Shown: in pieces, positions 45,605-55,060 of the stretch
Layout of the letters: every line of letters begins with the position of its first letter
Position numbering within the stretch: the first letter of the stretch is position 1
Source: Candidatus Micrarchaeota archaeon
GTDB taxonomy: Archaea; Micrarchaeota; Micrarchaeia; Anstonellales; Bilamarchaeaceae
Length of the DNA: 64,000 nucleotides
NCBI GenBank assembly: GCA_014730115.1
Contig: WJIU01000024.1
Location: 41,316-105,315 of the forward strand
Reading direction: 5' to 3'
Notes under the pieces: model-generated
The model's database searches: none
What the model saw: only the letters and a program-made list of their open reading frames with translations
What the model was told of the DNA's origin: nothing
Made by a program: the position numbers and the translations under genes

Positions 45605-47224
45605 ATGACTGAAGAGGCTTTTCAGGCGGCAATCGAAGAAGCAAAAAAGCTGGAAAAAAAGGCAATAGAATACGAGCCATACGAGGGAGAAGTAAGGATA
45701 GAAATAATGGTTGAAGTCGAGCCTGAAGAGTATGTGGACCTTGACTACAAGGACCTTTACAACCTTTACCAGAGAACCCAGAAGATATTAAGTGCTGCCG
45801 GCATGGGCGTACTTGCGGAAAGGCCGCCGGAGGAAGCCGCCCGGGCCACTGCGGAAAGCAGGGAAGTTGAAACCAGGCTAAAGAAGATGACCAGCGAAAG
45901 GCTGAAGGAAGCAGAAGAGATTGCCAGGGAGCCGGTGGTTGCCGAAGAAGAAGCTCCTGTGCCCCCGGTTACCCAGGAAATAGAAATTGAAAAGGAAGAG
46001 CCGCAGGAAATAGAGTTTGAGGGACCCCCTGAAAAGCCTCCGGAGAAGGAAGTGGAAATCCCGTTCAAGGCACCCTCGCCGGAAGAAGTGCCCGCGCCTG
46101 AGCCGGCTACTCCCGAAGAAGCCCCGGAAGTGCCTTCCCCCGAGGAGAAGGCTCCGGAAATTCCCGAGGCAGAAAAGCCTGCCAAGGCTCCGGCCCCGAC
46201 ACTGCCTGAGCCCGAAGAGCCCCCCGCACCGGAGGTTGAACCTTCCTTGGAAAGGGCGCCGCCCCAGCCAAAGGCAGTGCCTCCCACTCTGAGGGAAACC
46301 CCAGGCGAGGCGGCTGCGAGAAGGTATGAGCAGATTGAGCAGCAGATAAGGGACATGATGGGCGAAGAGGCCGACGAGCGCGCCCTCAAAAAGAAAATGC
46401 TTGAGCTTACCAAGCAGCTTTTCAAGGAAAAGATTACCAGCAAGAGAGAAGAAATAAAGATGCAGATAAAGGTCCTGAAAAACATGCTTGCAGTTTCAGG
46501 TGAGGGCAGAGCCAAAAAGAAGAGGGCCCCTGCCCAGACCAGGCTGGAAACCATCCTCGCATCCCAGCAGGAAGAGCTTGCCCACACCAAGGGAAGGCTT
46601 ATCGATGCCTACAACAAGCAGATAATGCAGATCAAGGAGAAATTCTACGATGACATGTCATCCATAGAGAACCCGCAAAAAAGAAAGAAGACCTATGAGA
46701 CATTCGTGTCATCAGTTACCATGCTTGTCCAGAACCTGCCGGATGCAGTGAAAAAGGAAAAGGAATACCTTTCCCAGAAACATGCCGCGGAGCTGAAAAG
46801 GGCAGAGGAATCCCTGGGGGCAAAAGACAAGGCACTGAAAAAGAGGATAAAGGAAAGGAAAGATTACATCCAGGAGAACTATGATGAGGAGTTCTCCATG
46901 GTAAAGCATATCGTCGGAAAGGAGATAGAGAACCTGATAGAAGTGGCCGGGTCGGAGACATTCCGGAAGCCTGAGGAAAAGGAGAAAAAGAAAAAAAGAA
47001 TGGCCGAGCCCACCGAAATTGTCAAGGAAATCAACGAGACCGACGAAGGCACCCTGCTCTATTTCCTGCACTCCAAAAATCCCGACTATTACAAGAAATT
47101 CGAAAGGAAAAAAATATCCAGGGCAGAGGCGGTGTTCAAGGCCAAGGAGCTGCTTGCAAAAAAGAAAGGATTAAGTGATAGCATGATAAGGAAGTATTTC
47201 AGCGGTAAGGAGGAGAGAGGATGA
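45605..47224 (+). CDS. Hypothetical Pro/Glu-rich and coiled-coil protein inside the pilus operon
   Basis: 539 aa; tightly spaced with the ATPase and overlapping the next gene. Confidence 0.7.
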   Translation: MTEEAFQAAIEEAKKLEKKAIEYEPYEGEVRIEIMVEVEPEEYVDLDYKDLYNLYQRTQKILSAAGMGVLAERPPEEAARATAESREVETRLKKMTSERLKEAEEIAREPVVAEEEAPVPPVTQEIEIEKEEPQEIEFEGPPEKPPEKEVEIPFKAPSPEEVPAPEPATPEEAPEVPSPEEKAPEIPEAEKPAKAPAPTLPEPEEPPAPEVEPSLERAPPQPKAVPPTLRETPGEAAARRYEQIEQQIRDMMGEEADERALKKKMLELTKQLFKEKITSKREEIKMQIKVLKNMLAVSGEGRAKKKRAPAQTRLETILASQQEELAHTKGRLIDAYNKQIMQIKEKFYDDMSSIENPQKRKKTYETFVSSVTMLVQNLPDAVKKEKEYLSQKHAAELKRAEESLGAKDKALKKRIKERKDYIQENYDEEFSMVKHIVGKEIENLIEVAGSETFRKPEEKEKKKKRMAEPTEIVKEINETDEGTLLYFLHSKNPDYYKKFERKKISRAEAVFKAKELLAKKKGLSDSMIRKYFSGKEERG

Positions 47225-48111
47225 ACGACCCCACTGAAAAACCGAAAAGAAGAACCATCCTGACCTCAATTGCAGAGATGGCAGCTTCCCGTTTCCCCGA
47301 CCTCAAGAAAAAGCTCCGCATGGCTGACATGGAGGCCAGGCCCATTGAGTTCCTGGAAAAGGTAATAGCATCATCGGCAGCAATATCCTCGGGCATGGTG
47401 CTGCTGGCCTGGGCGTATCTCTATATCATGGGAAGCCTGGAATTCGCGCTTGAAAATGACCTGCCCATGTTCGCACTTATGGTTCTGGGGCCGCTGGTTG
47501 CAATACCCTTGGTAGTGTTTGCCTATCTTATGCTTTATCCTGATGCAATGAGAATCAGGAGGGAGAAGGAGCTGGACTATGAGATTGTTTTTGCAGGGCG
47601 GCACATCGTCATTGCGCTGGAGTCGGGGATGCCCCTTTTTGATACCTTTGTAGGAGCCTCGGGATACGGCGCGGTGAGCAAGGAGTTTGCGCGCATCGTT
47701 GACAAAGTCGTCCTTGGGGTTCCGATGACCCAGGCAATAAGGGAAGTTGTGCAGTACAATCCCTCCAGGTATTTCACAAGGATGATGATGCAGGTGGCCA
47801 ATGCCCTTTCCAGCGGTGCCGACGTCGGCAATTCCCTGGAAAGCGTACTTGACCAGATATCCAAAGAGCAGATGATTGCGCTAAAGGAATACAGCCAGAA
47901 GCTGACCCCGATTGTCATGTTTTACATGGTTTTCGGAATCATCGTGCCTTCACTGGGAATAGTGCTTGCGACAGTGATTTTTTCGGCAATAAGCGGCGGC
48001 ACCTTCGGCTTTTCTTCGGCCGTGCTGGTGCTGGCATTCTTTGTAATCGGACTGGTGCAGTTCCTGTTCCTGGGATTCATTGAAAGCTCAAGGCCGAAGT
48101 ATCTTATATAG
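47221..48111 (+). CDS. TadB/TadC (T2SS-F) membrane platform protein
   Basis: ESGMPL, GYGAVSKEF, GVPM..AI, SG.DV..L. Confidence 0.88.
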   Translation: MNDPTEKPKRRTILTSIAEMAASRFPDLKKKLRMADMEARPIEFLEKVIASSAAISSGMVLLAWAYLYIMGSLEFALENDLPMFALMVLGPLVAIPLVVFAYLMLYPDAMRIRREKELDYEIVFAGRHIVIALESGMPLFDTFVGASGYGAVSKEFARIVDKVVLGVPMTQAIREVVQYNPSRYFTRMMMQVANALSSGADVGNSLESVLDQISKEQMIALKEYSQKLTPIVMFYMVFGIIVPSLGIVLATVIFSAISGGTFGFSSAVLVLAFFVIGLVQFLFLGFIESSRPKYLI

Positions 48112-49185
48112 GTGGATGAGATGAGGACTGACAATATATTTGAAAGTGCGGGAAGGCTGTTCTTCACCAGGAAGAGGATAAGGCTACTGGAAAAGCAGCT
48201 GAACACCGCCGGAGTCAACATGCCTGCAGACTCCTTTGCAGGCTATGTTGCATTGAACGTGATAGTAATTACGCTCTTCCTCAGCCTTCTGCTCATACTC
48301 TTCCAGCCTCTCAACGAGGCCATCACCGGCCTGGTCAGCGGCTATGTGGAGCTTCCGTTTGCGCTTGTCGCGGTTCTGCTTATCGTAGTGTCCTTTGTGT
48401 TTGTCTACCTGGCAACAATGGCAGCGATTTCCTCATATCTTCTTATGAAGACAGATGACCGGAGAAACAAGCTTGAAACCTCACTGCCTGATTTCCTCAC
48501 CCTGGTGGCCTCCAACATCAAGGCGGGGATGAGCCTGGACCAGGCAATGTGGTATTCTGCCAAGCCCGAGTTCGGGCTTCTCTCCGTGGAAGTAAGGGCA
48601 AACATAAAGAGCTCTTTCAGCGGGGAGAGCCTGGAGGATACCCTGGATACGCTGGCCATGAGGTTTGACTCCAAGGTCTTCAAGAGGACAATCCTGCTGC
48701 TCAAGCAGGCAACCGCCACGGGTGGAGAGCTTACCGACGTGCTGGAAAGGACTGCCACAGACGTCAGAAATACCATAATCATGAAAAAGGAGATTGCAGC
48801 ATCCCTGGTGCTGTACGAAATTTTCGTGCTGTTTGCGGCAATCGTGGGTACTCCGTTCCTTTTTGCAGTTGCCCTCAAGCTTATTGAGGTCTTTGAAAAG
48901 ATAGGGCCCCAGGTGGGGGCAGGGCCAAGCGCCACTGGAGGCGTGTTTACCACCGTGTCCAGCATCCAGCTTTCCGGCCCCATCATAACGTCCGCAGACT
49001 TTTACTGGTTCAGCATTCCGACAATTTTCATTACGGCCCTGATATCATCATTTATAGTCAGCGTTATCAGAACCGGCTCCAAAAGCTCGGGCATGAAGTA
49101 TTTCCCGTTTGTCCTGATGCTGGCCTATCTGGTATACTGGGTCGTGATAAATGCGGTAGAGTCATTTTTCGCTACCATCGCGTAG
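48112..49185 (+). CDS. TadC (T2SS-F) membrane platform protein
   Basis: LPDFL.LVASNIKAGM, EFGLLS.E, TGGEL.DVL. Confidence 0.9.
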   Translation: MDEMRTDNIFESAGRLFFTRKRIRLLEKQLNTAGVNMPADSFAGYVALNVIVITLFLSLLLILFQPLNEAITGLVSGYVELPFALVAVLLIVVSFVFVYLATMAAISSYLLMKTDDRRNKLETSLPDFLTLVASNIKAGMSLDQAMWYSAKPEFGLLSVEVRANIKSSFSGESLEDTLDTLAMRFDSKVFKRTILLLKQATATGGELTDVLERTATDVRNTIIMKKEIAASLVLYEIFVLFAAIVGTPFLFAVALKLIEVFEKIGPQVGAGPSATGGVFTTVSSIQLSGPIITSADFYWFSIPTIFITALISSFIVSVIRTGSKSSGMKYFPFVLMLAYLVYWVVINAVESFFATIA

Positions 49186-49205
49186 GGGATATTATGGAAT
49201 TTATG

Positions 49206-49778
49206 GAATATATGAAGAAAAAAGGAGGATATAAGAAAGGACAGGCGGTGATGGAATACCTCATCACCTACGGGCTTGCGCTTTTCGTAATTCTGATAGT
49301 GCTTGCAATTCTCGTGGCGGTGGTGCTGCCATCTCTCCGGGCTCCGGAGACCTGCCAGTTCACCCAGCCGGGTTTCACATGCAACCAGGCGCCCCATGCA
49401 ATTGTGGCTGATTCGGCCAATAACCTGCATCTGCTGTTCCAGCTGGACAACGCCCAGGGAAGGGCAGTGGTCATAGAGGGGGTCACCTGCTTTAATGCAG
49501 CGACCGGAAATATCAGGAAATCGGATGTCGAAGCCAACAATGCACTTTCCAGCCCGCAGCTCATGGCTGCAGGCCAGAGCCTGACTTTCGGCAGTCCGGA
49601 ATCCGCAGTGACCGACGAGATATCCTGCGTCAATGAAGACGGAACGCAGACCGTCCTTTCCCCCGGCTCAAACTTCAGGGGAACCCTTGCAGTAACCTAC
49701 ACATTCCAGGGGGACATCCCGGGAGCTCCGGAAAGGCTGGCAGTTGCAACCGTTACCGGTGCAGTGCAGCAGGAGTAA
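49206..49778 (+). CDS. Type IV pilin with class III signal peptide
   Basis: KKG/QAVMEYLITYG then hydrophobic helix and C..PGF.C. Confidence 0.88.
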   Translation, partial: EYMKKKGGYKKGQAVMEYLITYGLALFVILIVLAILVAVVLPSLRAPETCQFTQPGFTCNQAPHAIVADSANNLHLLFQLDNAQGRAVVIEGVTCFNAATGNIRKSDVEANNALSSPQLMAAGQSLTFGSPESAVTDEISCVNEDGTQTVLSPGSNFRGTLAVTYTFQGDIPGAPERLAVATVTGAVQQE

Positions 49779-49788
49779 TTCTTTTTTT

Positions 49789-50976
49789 TTAACTCCCGTA
49801 TTTTTCTGCGCGGCCGGTGATGTTCAGGATAAGGGGAAGTACGTCCTTCCCTTTTATGTGCCCCAGTCCGCCCTGGGCGCAGCTCAGCTCATCGAATTTC
49901 TTTATCTTGTCATTTCTTTCTCCTTTGTAGACAAGAATGGGAACCTCGTGCCCGGAGTGGCTTTTCATGCTGACCGGCGTAGAATGGTCTCCGGTAATCA
50001 CTAATGACGCCCCTGACTTCTCCAGGATGGGGATTACTTTGTCTATCTTTTCAAGCATCTTCTTCTTTGCATTGAAGTTCCCGTCATGGGAGGCGCTGTC
50101 GCACCCCTTGATATGCATGAACACGAAATCATAGCCTTCCAGAGCCTTGGCAGCTGCCTCGGCCTTTGCCCTGACATCGGTTTTAAGGCCTCCGGTCGCA
50201 CTGGGCACCAGGGCAACATCCATTTTCAGGTAAGCGGCGACCCCCTTGTACAGGGCCCCGCCCGCAACGCACAGGCCATGCATTTTGAAACGCTCAAAGA
50301 ATGACGGCACTTCTGCATATGCTCCGGCCCCCCTCACCATGAGGGCATTGGCCGGCAGCTTCCTGCCCTTGTTTGCGGGATTGCTGGAAAGCCAGCCCCT
50401 GGCAACTTCAGTGTACCTGTTGATGATATCGGCGGTTCTCTTTGCCTCCCAGCTGTCTTCAAGAGGGACACACTCCTGCAGAACGCCTTCCTGATGGGGG
50501 TCGGTATCGCTTACATTGCTGCTTAGGTTGGGCCCCCTCAGCACAAGCGCGCCCCGGTGCTCCACCGAATTACGGAAAATGATTTCCACGTTGCCAATTT
50601 TCATTGAAAGCCCTTTGGAAAGCTTGGAAGCAGTCTCAGTGTCAATCCTGCCGGCCCTGCGGTCTTCCACCCTGTCGTCCTTCACAGTAGCGAAGTTGGT
50701 CCTGAATGCAACATCCCCTTCCTGGAGTTCAATGCCCAGGCCCAGTGCCTCAAAGGGCCCCCTTCCACAGTAGAAAACAGCGGGGTCGTAGCCCAAAATG
50801 CTCAGATGGCCGGTGTCGCTTCCCGGGACTATATATCTCTTGATGGGGCTGAGCATCCCGTTGATTCCGTTTTTTGCAAGCCGGTCAAGATTAGGGGTTT
50901 TTGCAGCCTGAAGAGGGGTCTTGGGGGTGGGCAAATCGCCAAGTCCGTCAATGATTAGCAGGATTGCCTTTTGCAT
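49789..50976 (-). CDS. apgM: 2,3-bisphosphoglycerate-independent phosphoglycerate mutase (archaeal type)
   Basis: IDGLGD, TPLQAA.TPNLD, PGSD, DRRAGR, HIKGCD.ASHDG, TGDHSTP. Confidence 0.95.
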   Translation of the reverse strand: MQKAILLIIDGLGDLPTPKTPLQAAKTPNLDRLAKNGINGMLSPIKRYIVPGSDTGHLSILGYDPAVFYCGRGPFEALGLGIELQEGDVAFRTNFATVKDDRVEDRRAGRIDTETASKLSKGLSMKIGNVEIIFRNSVEHRGALVLRGPNLSSNVSDTDPHQEGVLQECVPLEDSWEAKRTADIINRYTEVARGWLSSNPANKGRKLPANALMVRGAGAYAEVPSFFERFKMHGLCVAGGALYKGVAAYLKMDVALVPSATGGLKTDVRAKAEAAAKALEGYDFVFMHIKGCDSASHDGNFNAKKKMLEKIDKVIPILEKSGASLVITGDHSTPVSMKSHSGHEVPILVYKGERNDKIKKFDELSCAQGGLGHIKGKDVLPLILNITGRAEKYGS

Positions 50977-51142
50977 GCTTGACAGTAACAAATAACATAT
51001 AAAAGTCTTGGTGTCAGCAGGAACATTTCTTTCCGCGAAGACAACAAATAATGAATTCCTGCATTTTGCCTTTTTACAACAGCCATAAATTTATTAATGA
51101 CAGTTTCCTAATACTGTTCCACTTGTTTTAGGCGGGGTAATT

Positions 51143-53182
51143 ATGGAGGTTGACTTATCTGCGCAGGTAGCTGTATTCACCGACTTTTTCACGGATGTCT
51201 ACAAGTCAAGAATAGATGCACTGCTCCGGGAATACCCCTCCAGGAGAAGCCTTTACATAGACTATGCCGATTTGGAGAGATTTGACCCTGAGCTGGCCGA
51301 CGCACTGGTCAGGAATCCGGATATCATAATCAAGGCAGCAGAGCAGGCAATCAAGGAGCTGAACCTGGCGGTAACCGCAGGGAAAAAGTTCGAGCCCCAT
51401 GTGAGGGTCAGCGGCCTTCCGGTGGATGAGGTACTTATTGAGGCGCTGGGCTCCCGGAACATAGACGAGCTGGTGGGCTTCAAGTGCGTGGTCACCAAAA
51501 GAGCAGAGGTGATGCACCGGGTAAAAATTGCGGCCTACAAATGCCAGCTCTGCGATTCGGAAGTCAGGCTGCTGGTAGGCAAGAACTTTAACCCGCCCAA
51601 GCGGTGCGAGCAGTGCAAAAAAATGTCAATGGTCCAGGTAAACGAGGAAAGCACATTCACCGACATCCAGAAGGTGGAGGTTCAGGAGCTGCTGGAGAGG
51701 GTCAGGGGAGGAGCCCCGGCCGCCCACATCGGGCTGCTGCTTGAGGACGATATAGTCAACACTATCGCGCCGGGAGACAACATTGAAGTCATTGGGGTCC
51801 TGCGCCTGAAGCCGCCGATTAAAAGCAGGCAGAAGCAGGAGCTGATATACAGCAGGTACATAGAGATAAGCAGCATGAGAAGCCTGAAAAGGGACTTTGA
51901 AGAGATTGAAATAACCAAGGAGGACGAAAGAAGAATAAGGGAACTTTCAAAAAAGCCTGATATTACTGATGCTGTTGTAAGGTCCATAGCACCATCCATC
52001 TACGGCCATCTTGAGGTAAAGAAGGCGCTTGCCCTGCAGCTTTTCGGAGGGTGCAGGGGCAAACTGCTGGAGGGGGACCTGCCCATAAGGGATGACATCC
52101 ATGTACTTCTTATCGGTGACCCGGGAATTGCAAAGAGCCGGTTTCTGCAAAGTGTCACCGAAATCGCGCCCAAGAGCATCTATGTGAGCGGTAAAAGCGT
52201 TTCAGGAGCCGGCCTTACCGTTGCTGCCGAAAAGGATGAGCTGGGAGACGGAGGCTGGACACTCAAGGCGGGCGCCCTGGTGCTGGCCAGCGGGGGCTGT
52301 GCACAGGTGGATGAATTCGACAAGATAGCCGAAGAGGACCGGGCCGCGCTGCATGAGGCAATGGAATCTGCCAGCATTTCCGTTGCCAAGGCCGGCATAG
52401 TGGCGAAGTTCAGGACCAAAACAGCAATCCTGGCGGCGGCAAATCCCAAGTACGGAAGGTTTGACCAGACCAAGAACCTGTCCGACCAGTTTGATGTCCC
52501 CCCGACCCTGCTTTCAAGGTTTGACCTGATATTCCCCATTGTGGACATACTTGACGAGGAAAAGGATGCCCAGCTTGCCGAGCACATCCTTTCCGGGCAT
52601 ATGAAGGAGGAGGATGAAGGGAGAAAACCGGTAATGTCCAAGGAAATGCTGATGAAGTACATAGCCTTTGCCCGGAGAAAGGTGTTCCCCAAGCTTACTC
52701 CCACCGCATCCGAAAAAATCAAGGAATTCTATGTGGAACTGCGAAGAAAAAGCAAGGACGCGGGGGCGGTGGCAATCACCCCCAGATACCTGGAAGGGCT
52801 GGTCAGGCTGGCCGAGGCCCATGCCAAGCTAAGGCTGAGCGGCACTGTAACCGAGGAGGATGCAGATGTGGCCATTTCACTTTTCAATTATGTAATGAAA
52901 CAGATAATGACCGACAGGGAAACCGGAACTTTTGACGTTGACATCGTAACAACCGGAAAACCCAAGTCGGAAAGGGAAAAGCTTCAGAAAACTGACACAA
53001 TTCTGGAGATTATACGCGAGCATCTCCGGAGAAGTGACACTGCGGACGTTGAGGAAGTGGTAGAGGACGCCAAGACATATGACATAGAGCAGCACACTGC
53101 GGAGAGAATAATAAAGGAACTGCTCCGCAGGGGCATGATCTATGAAAAAGAATACGGCCAGGTAAGGATAGTTGGTGAATAA
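51143..53182 (+). CDS. mcm: Replicative helicase MCM (no intein)
   Basis: Zn finger, IGDPGIAKS, VDEFDK, AAANP, LLSRFD, ITPR. Confidence 0.97.
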   Translation: MEVDLSAQVAVFTDFFTDVYKSRIDALLREYPSRRSLYIDYADLERFDPELADALVRNPDIIIKAAEQAIKELNLAVTAGKKFEPHVRVSGLPVDEVLIEALGSRNIDELVGFKCVVTKRAEVMHRVKIAAYKCQLCDSEVRLLVGKNFNPPKRCEQCKKMSMVQVNEESTFTDIQKVEVQELLERVRGGAPAAHIGLLLEDDIVNTIAPGDNIEVIGVLRLKPPIKSRQKQELIYSRYIEISSMRSLKRDFEEIEITKEDERRIRELSKKPDITDAVVRSIAPSIYGHLEVKKALALQLFGGCRGKLLEGDLPIRDDIHVLLIGDPGIAKSRFLQSVTEIAPKSIYVSGKSVSGAGLTVAAEKDELGDGGWTLKAGALVLASGGCAQVDEFDKIAEEDRAALHEAMESASISVAKAGIVAKFRTKTAILAAANPKYGRFDQTKNLSDQFDVPPTLLSRFDLIFPIVDILDEEKDAQLAEHILSGHMKEEDEGRKPVMSKEMLMKYIAFARRKVFPKLTPTASEKIKEFYVELRRKSKDAGAVAITPRYLEGLVRLAEAHAKLRLSGTVTEEDADVAISLFNYVMKQIMTDRETGTFDVDIVTTGKPKSEREKLQKTDTILEIIREHLRRSDTADVEEVVEDAKTYDIEQHTAERIIKELLRRGMIYEKEYGQVRIVGE

Positions 53183-54049
53183 ATGAGGGTTGTATTCGGA
53201 TTACTTGCTCTTTTCATAGCAGCACAGCTCCTTGGCATCTACACCGGCACGGTTGTCATCAATGATTTTACTGAAAACCCCTATGTCCAGGAGTTGGTTG
53301 TCACTACCGACTCCAATGAGCCCATGAATGCCGTCTTTTTCATCCTTTACATACTGGCAGGGGCGGCAATGATGATTATCCTGATACGCCTGTTCGGGGT
53401 TTATCCGATTATATTCAAGCTGCTGGAGTTTGCCTTGATTGCCACTGCAAGCTCAATTGTCTTCTATGCATTCCTCCGGCTGCTGGTGCCTTATGAAGCC
53501 AGCACCATTGCCGCAATAACAATCGGCCTTGTTTTTTCCGGAGTAAAGGTGTTTGTCCCGGGGCTCAAGAATGCTGCCGCGGTCCTGGCCACGGCCGGAG
53601 TGGGGGTTGTCTTCGGGATTTCCCTGGGGCTGATACCGCTTCTCCTGTTCCTGATATTCCTTTCCATCTATGATTATCTCTCGGTGTTTACCACCAAGCA
53701 CATGGTTGAGATGGCGGACTACATTGTCAAGAAGGACCTTGCATTCACCGTTACCGCAATAGAGCTGCCCAAGAAAAAGGGGGAAAAGGAAAAGCGCCTG
53801 GACCTGGGGACCGGGGACATCATAGCACCAATCATGCTGGAGGTTTCCCTGCTTTCCATCAGCCCGGTTGCCACTGCATTTGTTTTTGTCGGGGCTGTGG
53901 CTGCCATATTTGTTTTCCTTCAGCTGGTCTTCAGGAAGGGAAGGGTGCTTCCCGCGCTGCCCCCGATTGTGCTGGGGATGGTTTGCGGGCTTGCCCTGTG
54001 GTTTGTTTTGAACCTGCTCGGCCTTGTCCCGGCCCAATTTTCCCTATAG
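53183..54049 (+). CDS. Presenilin/SPP-family GxGD intramembrane aspartyl protease
   Basis: IYD..SV..TKHM, LGTGD, LPALP. Confidence 0.9.
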   Translation: MRVVFGLLALFIAAQLLGIYTGTVVINDFTENPYVQELVVTTDSNEPMNAVFFILYILAGAAMMIILIRLFGVYPIIFKLLEFALIATASSIVFYAFLRLLVPYEASTIAAITIGLVFSGVKVFVPGLKNAAAVLATAGVGVVFGISLGLIPLLLFLIFLSIYDYLSVFTTKHMVEMADYIVKKDLAFTVTAIELPKKKGEKEKRLDLGTGDIIAPIMLEVSLLSISPVATAFVFVGAVAAIFVFLQLVFRKGRVLPALPPIVLGMVCGLALWFVLNLLGLVPAQFSL

Positions 54050-55058
54050 TTTTCCTCAGGTCCAGCACCACCTGCACCAGTTCCGGGGAATACGGCCTGA
54101 CGATTCTGCTGCCCAGGGTCTGTAACCTTACCCCGTGCCTGGATGCTGCCTTCTCTGCCCTGGCCATGGCATCCTCAAAGGGGTGCTCTGAACCGGCAAT
54201 TGTGTAGAAATGGATTACCGCATCTCTTTTTGATGCGGCAAATGCCATATCCAGGAATTCATGCGCTGTCTTGGGCAGGGGCATGACTACCCTGTCCGCA
54301 AACCCCCTGTATTTCTGTGGAATTATGTCCCTCACATCCCCCTCCTCGGCAATGATGTTGCCGGACTTGTTAAGGGCGATGTTTTCCCTGAGGTAGCGGG
54401 CTGCGGCAGGATTGCTTTCTACTGCAACAATGCTGGCGCCTGGCTTTTCCCTTGCAATCAAAAGTGCAAATGGCCCCACACCTGCAAACATAACCAGCAC
54501 ATTTTCCCCCGGCTGGACAAGGCCGGCAATCCTTTTTCTTTCATGGGACAGCCGTACCGAGAAATAGACTTTGGCCGCGTCCAGCCTGATGCGGCAACCA
54601 TGCTCCCGGTGCAGTGTTTCGGTACCGCCTTTTCCTGCAATGCGGGCAAGCCTTCTCACCCGGTATTCGCCCTCCATCGGACCCAGCTTTTTGAAGACAG
54701 CCCTCACATTCTTGTGAACCCTGAGCAGGGCATTTCCTATTTCCGTTTCTTTTGGTTCCAGCTTTCGGGGGATTTCCACTATCGCTATATCGCCCAGGAT
54801 GTCAAATGAAGTGGTGAGCTGCTCCAGTTCGTTTTTATCCAGGGAGCTGCTCAGGGCCCCGGCCAGGCTCCTGAATCCAGGCTCTTTTTTATCTGCCTTT
54901 CTCTCCACCAGCTCATAGCCCCTGAATCCCTTTGTTACCGGAATGAAAACAAATTCGCCTTCTCTGAAAATATCATAATCTGGAGAGATTATTCCTTTTT
55001 CCATAAGCTGCTGCCTGGTCTGCTCGGCCAGCTTCCTGGGGACTTTCAGAAATTTCAT
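53931..55058 (-). CDS. Trm5/Tyw2-family tRNA methyltransferase
   Basis: FDILGDIAI, GEYRVR, T.HRE.G, KVYFS.RL..ER, MFAGVGPF, DRVVMPLP. Confidence 0.88.
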   Translation of the reverse strand: MKFLKVPRKLAEQTRQQLMEKGIISPDYDIFREGEFVFIPVTKGFRGYELVERKADKKEPGFRSLAGALSSSLDKNELEQLTTSFDILGDIAIVEIPRKLEPKETEIGNALLRVHKNVRAVFKKLGPMEGEYRVRRLARIAGKGGTETLHREHGCRIRLDAAKVYFSVRLSHERKRIAGLVQPGENVLVMFAGVGPFALLIAREKPGASIVAVESNPAAARYLRENIALNKSGNIIAEEGDVRDIIPQKYRGFADRVVMPLPKTAHEFLDMAFAASKRDAVIHFYTIAGSEHPFEDAMARAEKAASRHGVRLQTLGSRIVRPYSPELVQVVLDLRKTIGKIGPGQGRAGSKQTTGQARKPSPAQSGAAREAPFPS

Positions 55059-55060
55059 GT

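Noticed and set aside
51143-53182. Intein in MCM or a replication origin next to it
   Set aside because: Length and motifs are continuous; no ORB-like repeats or cdc6 gene recognised nearby.
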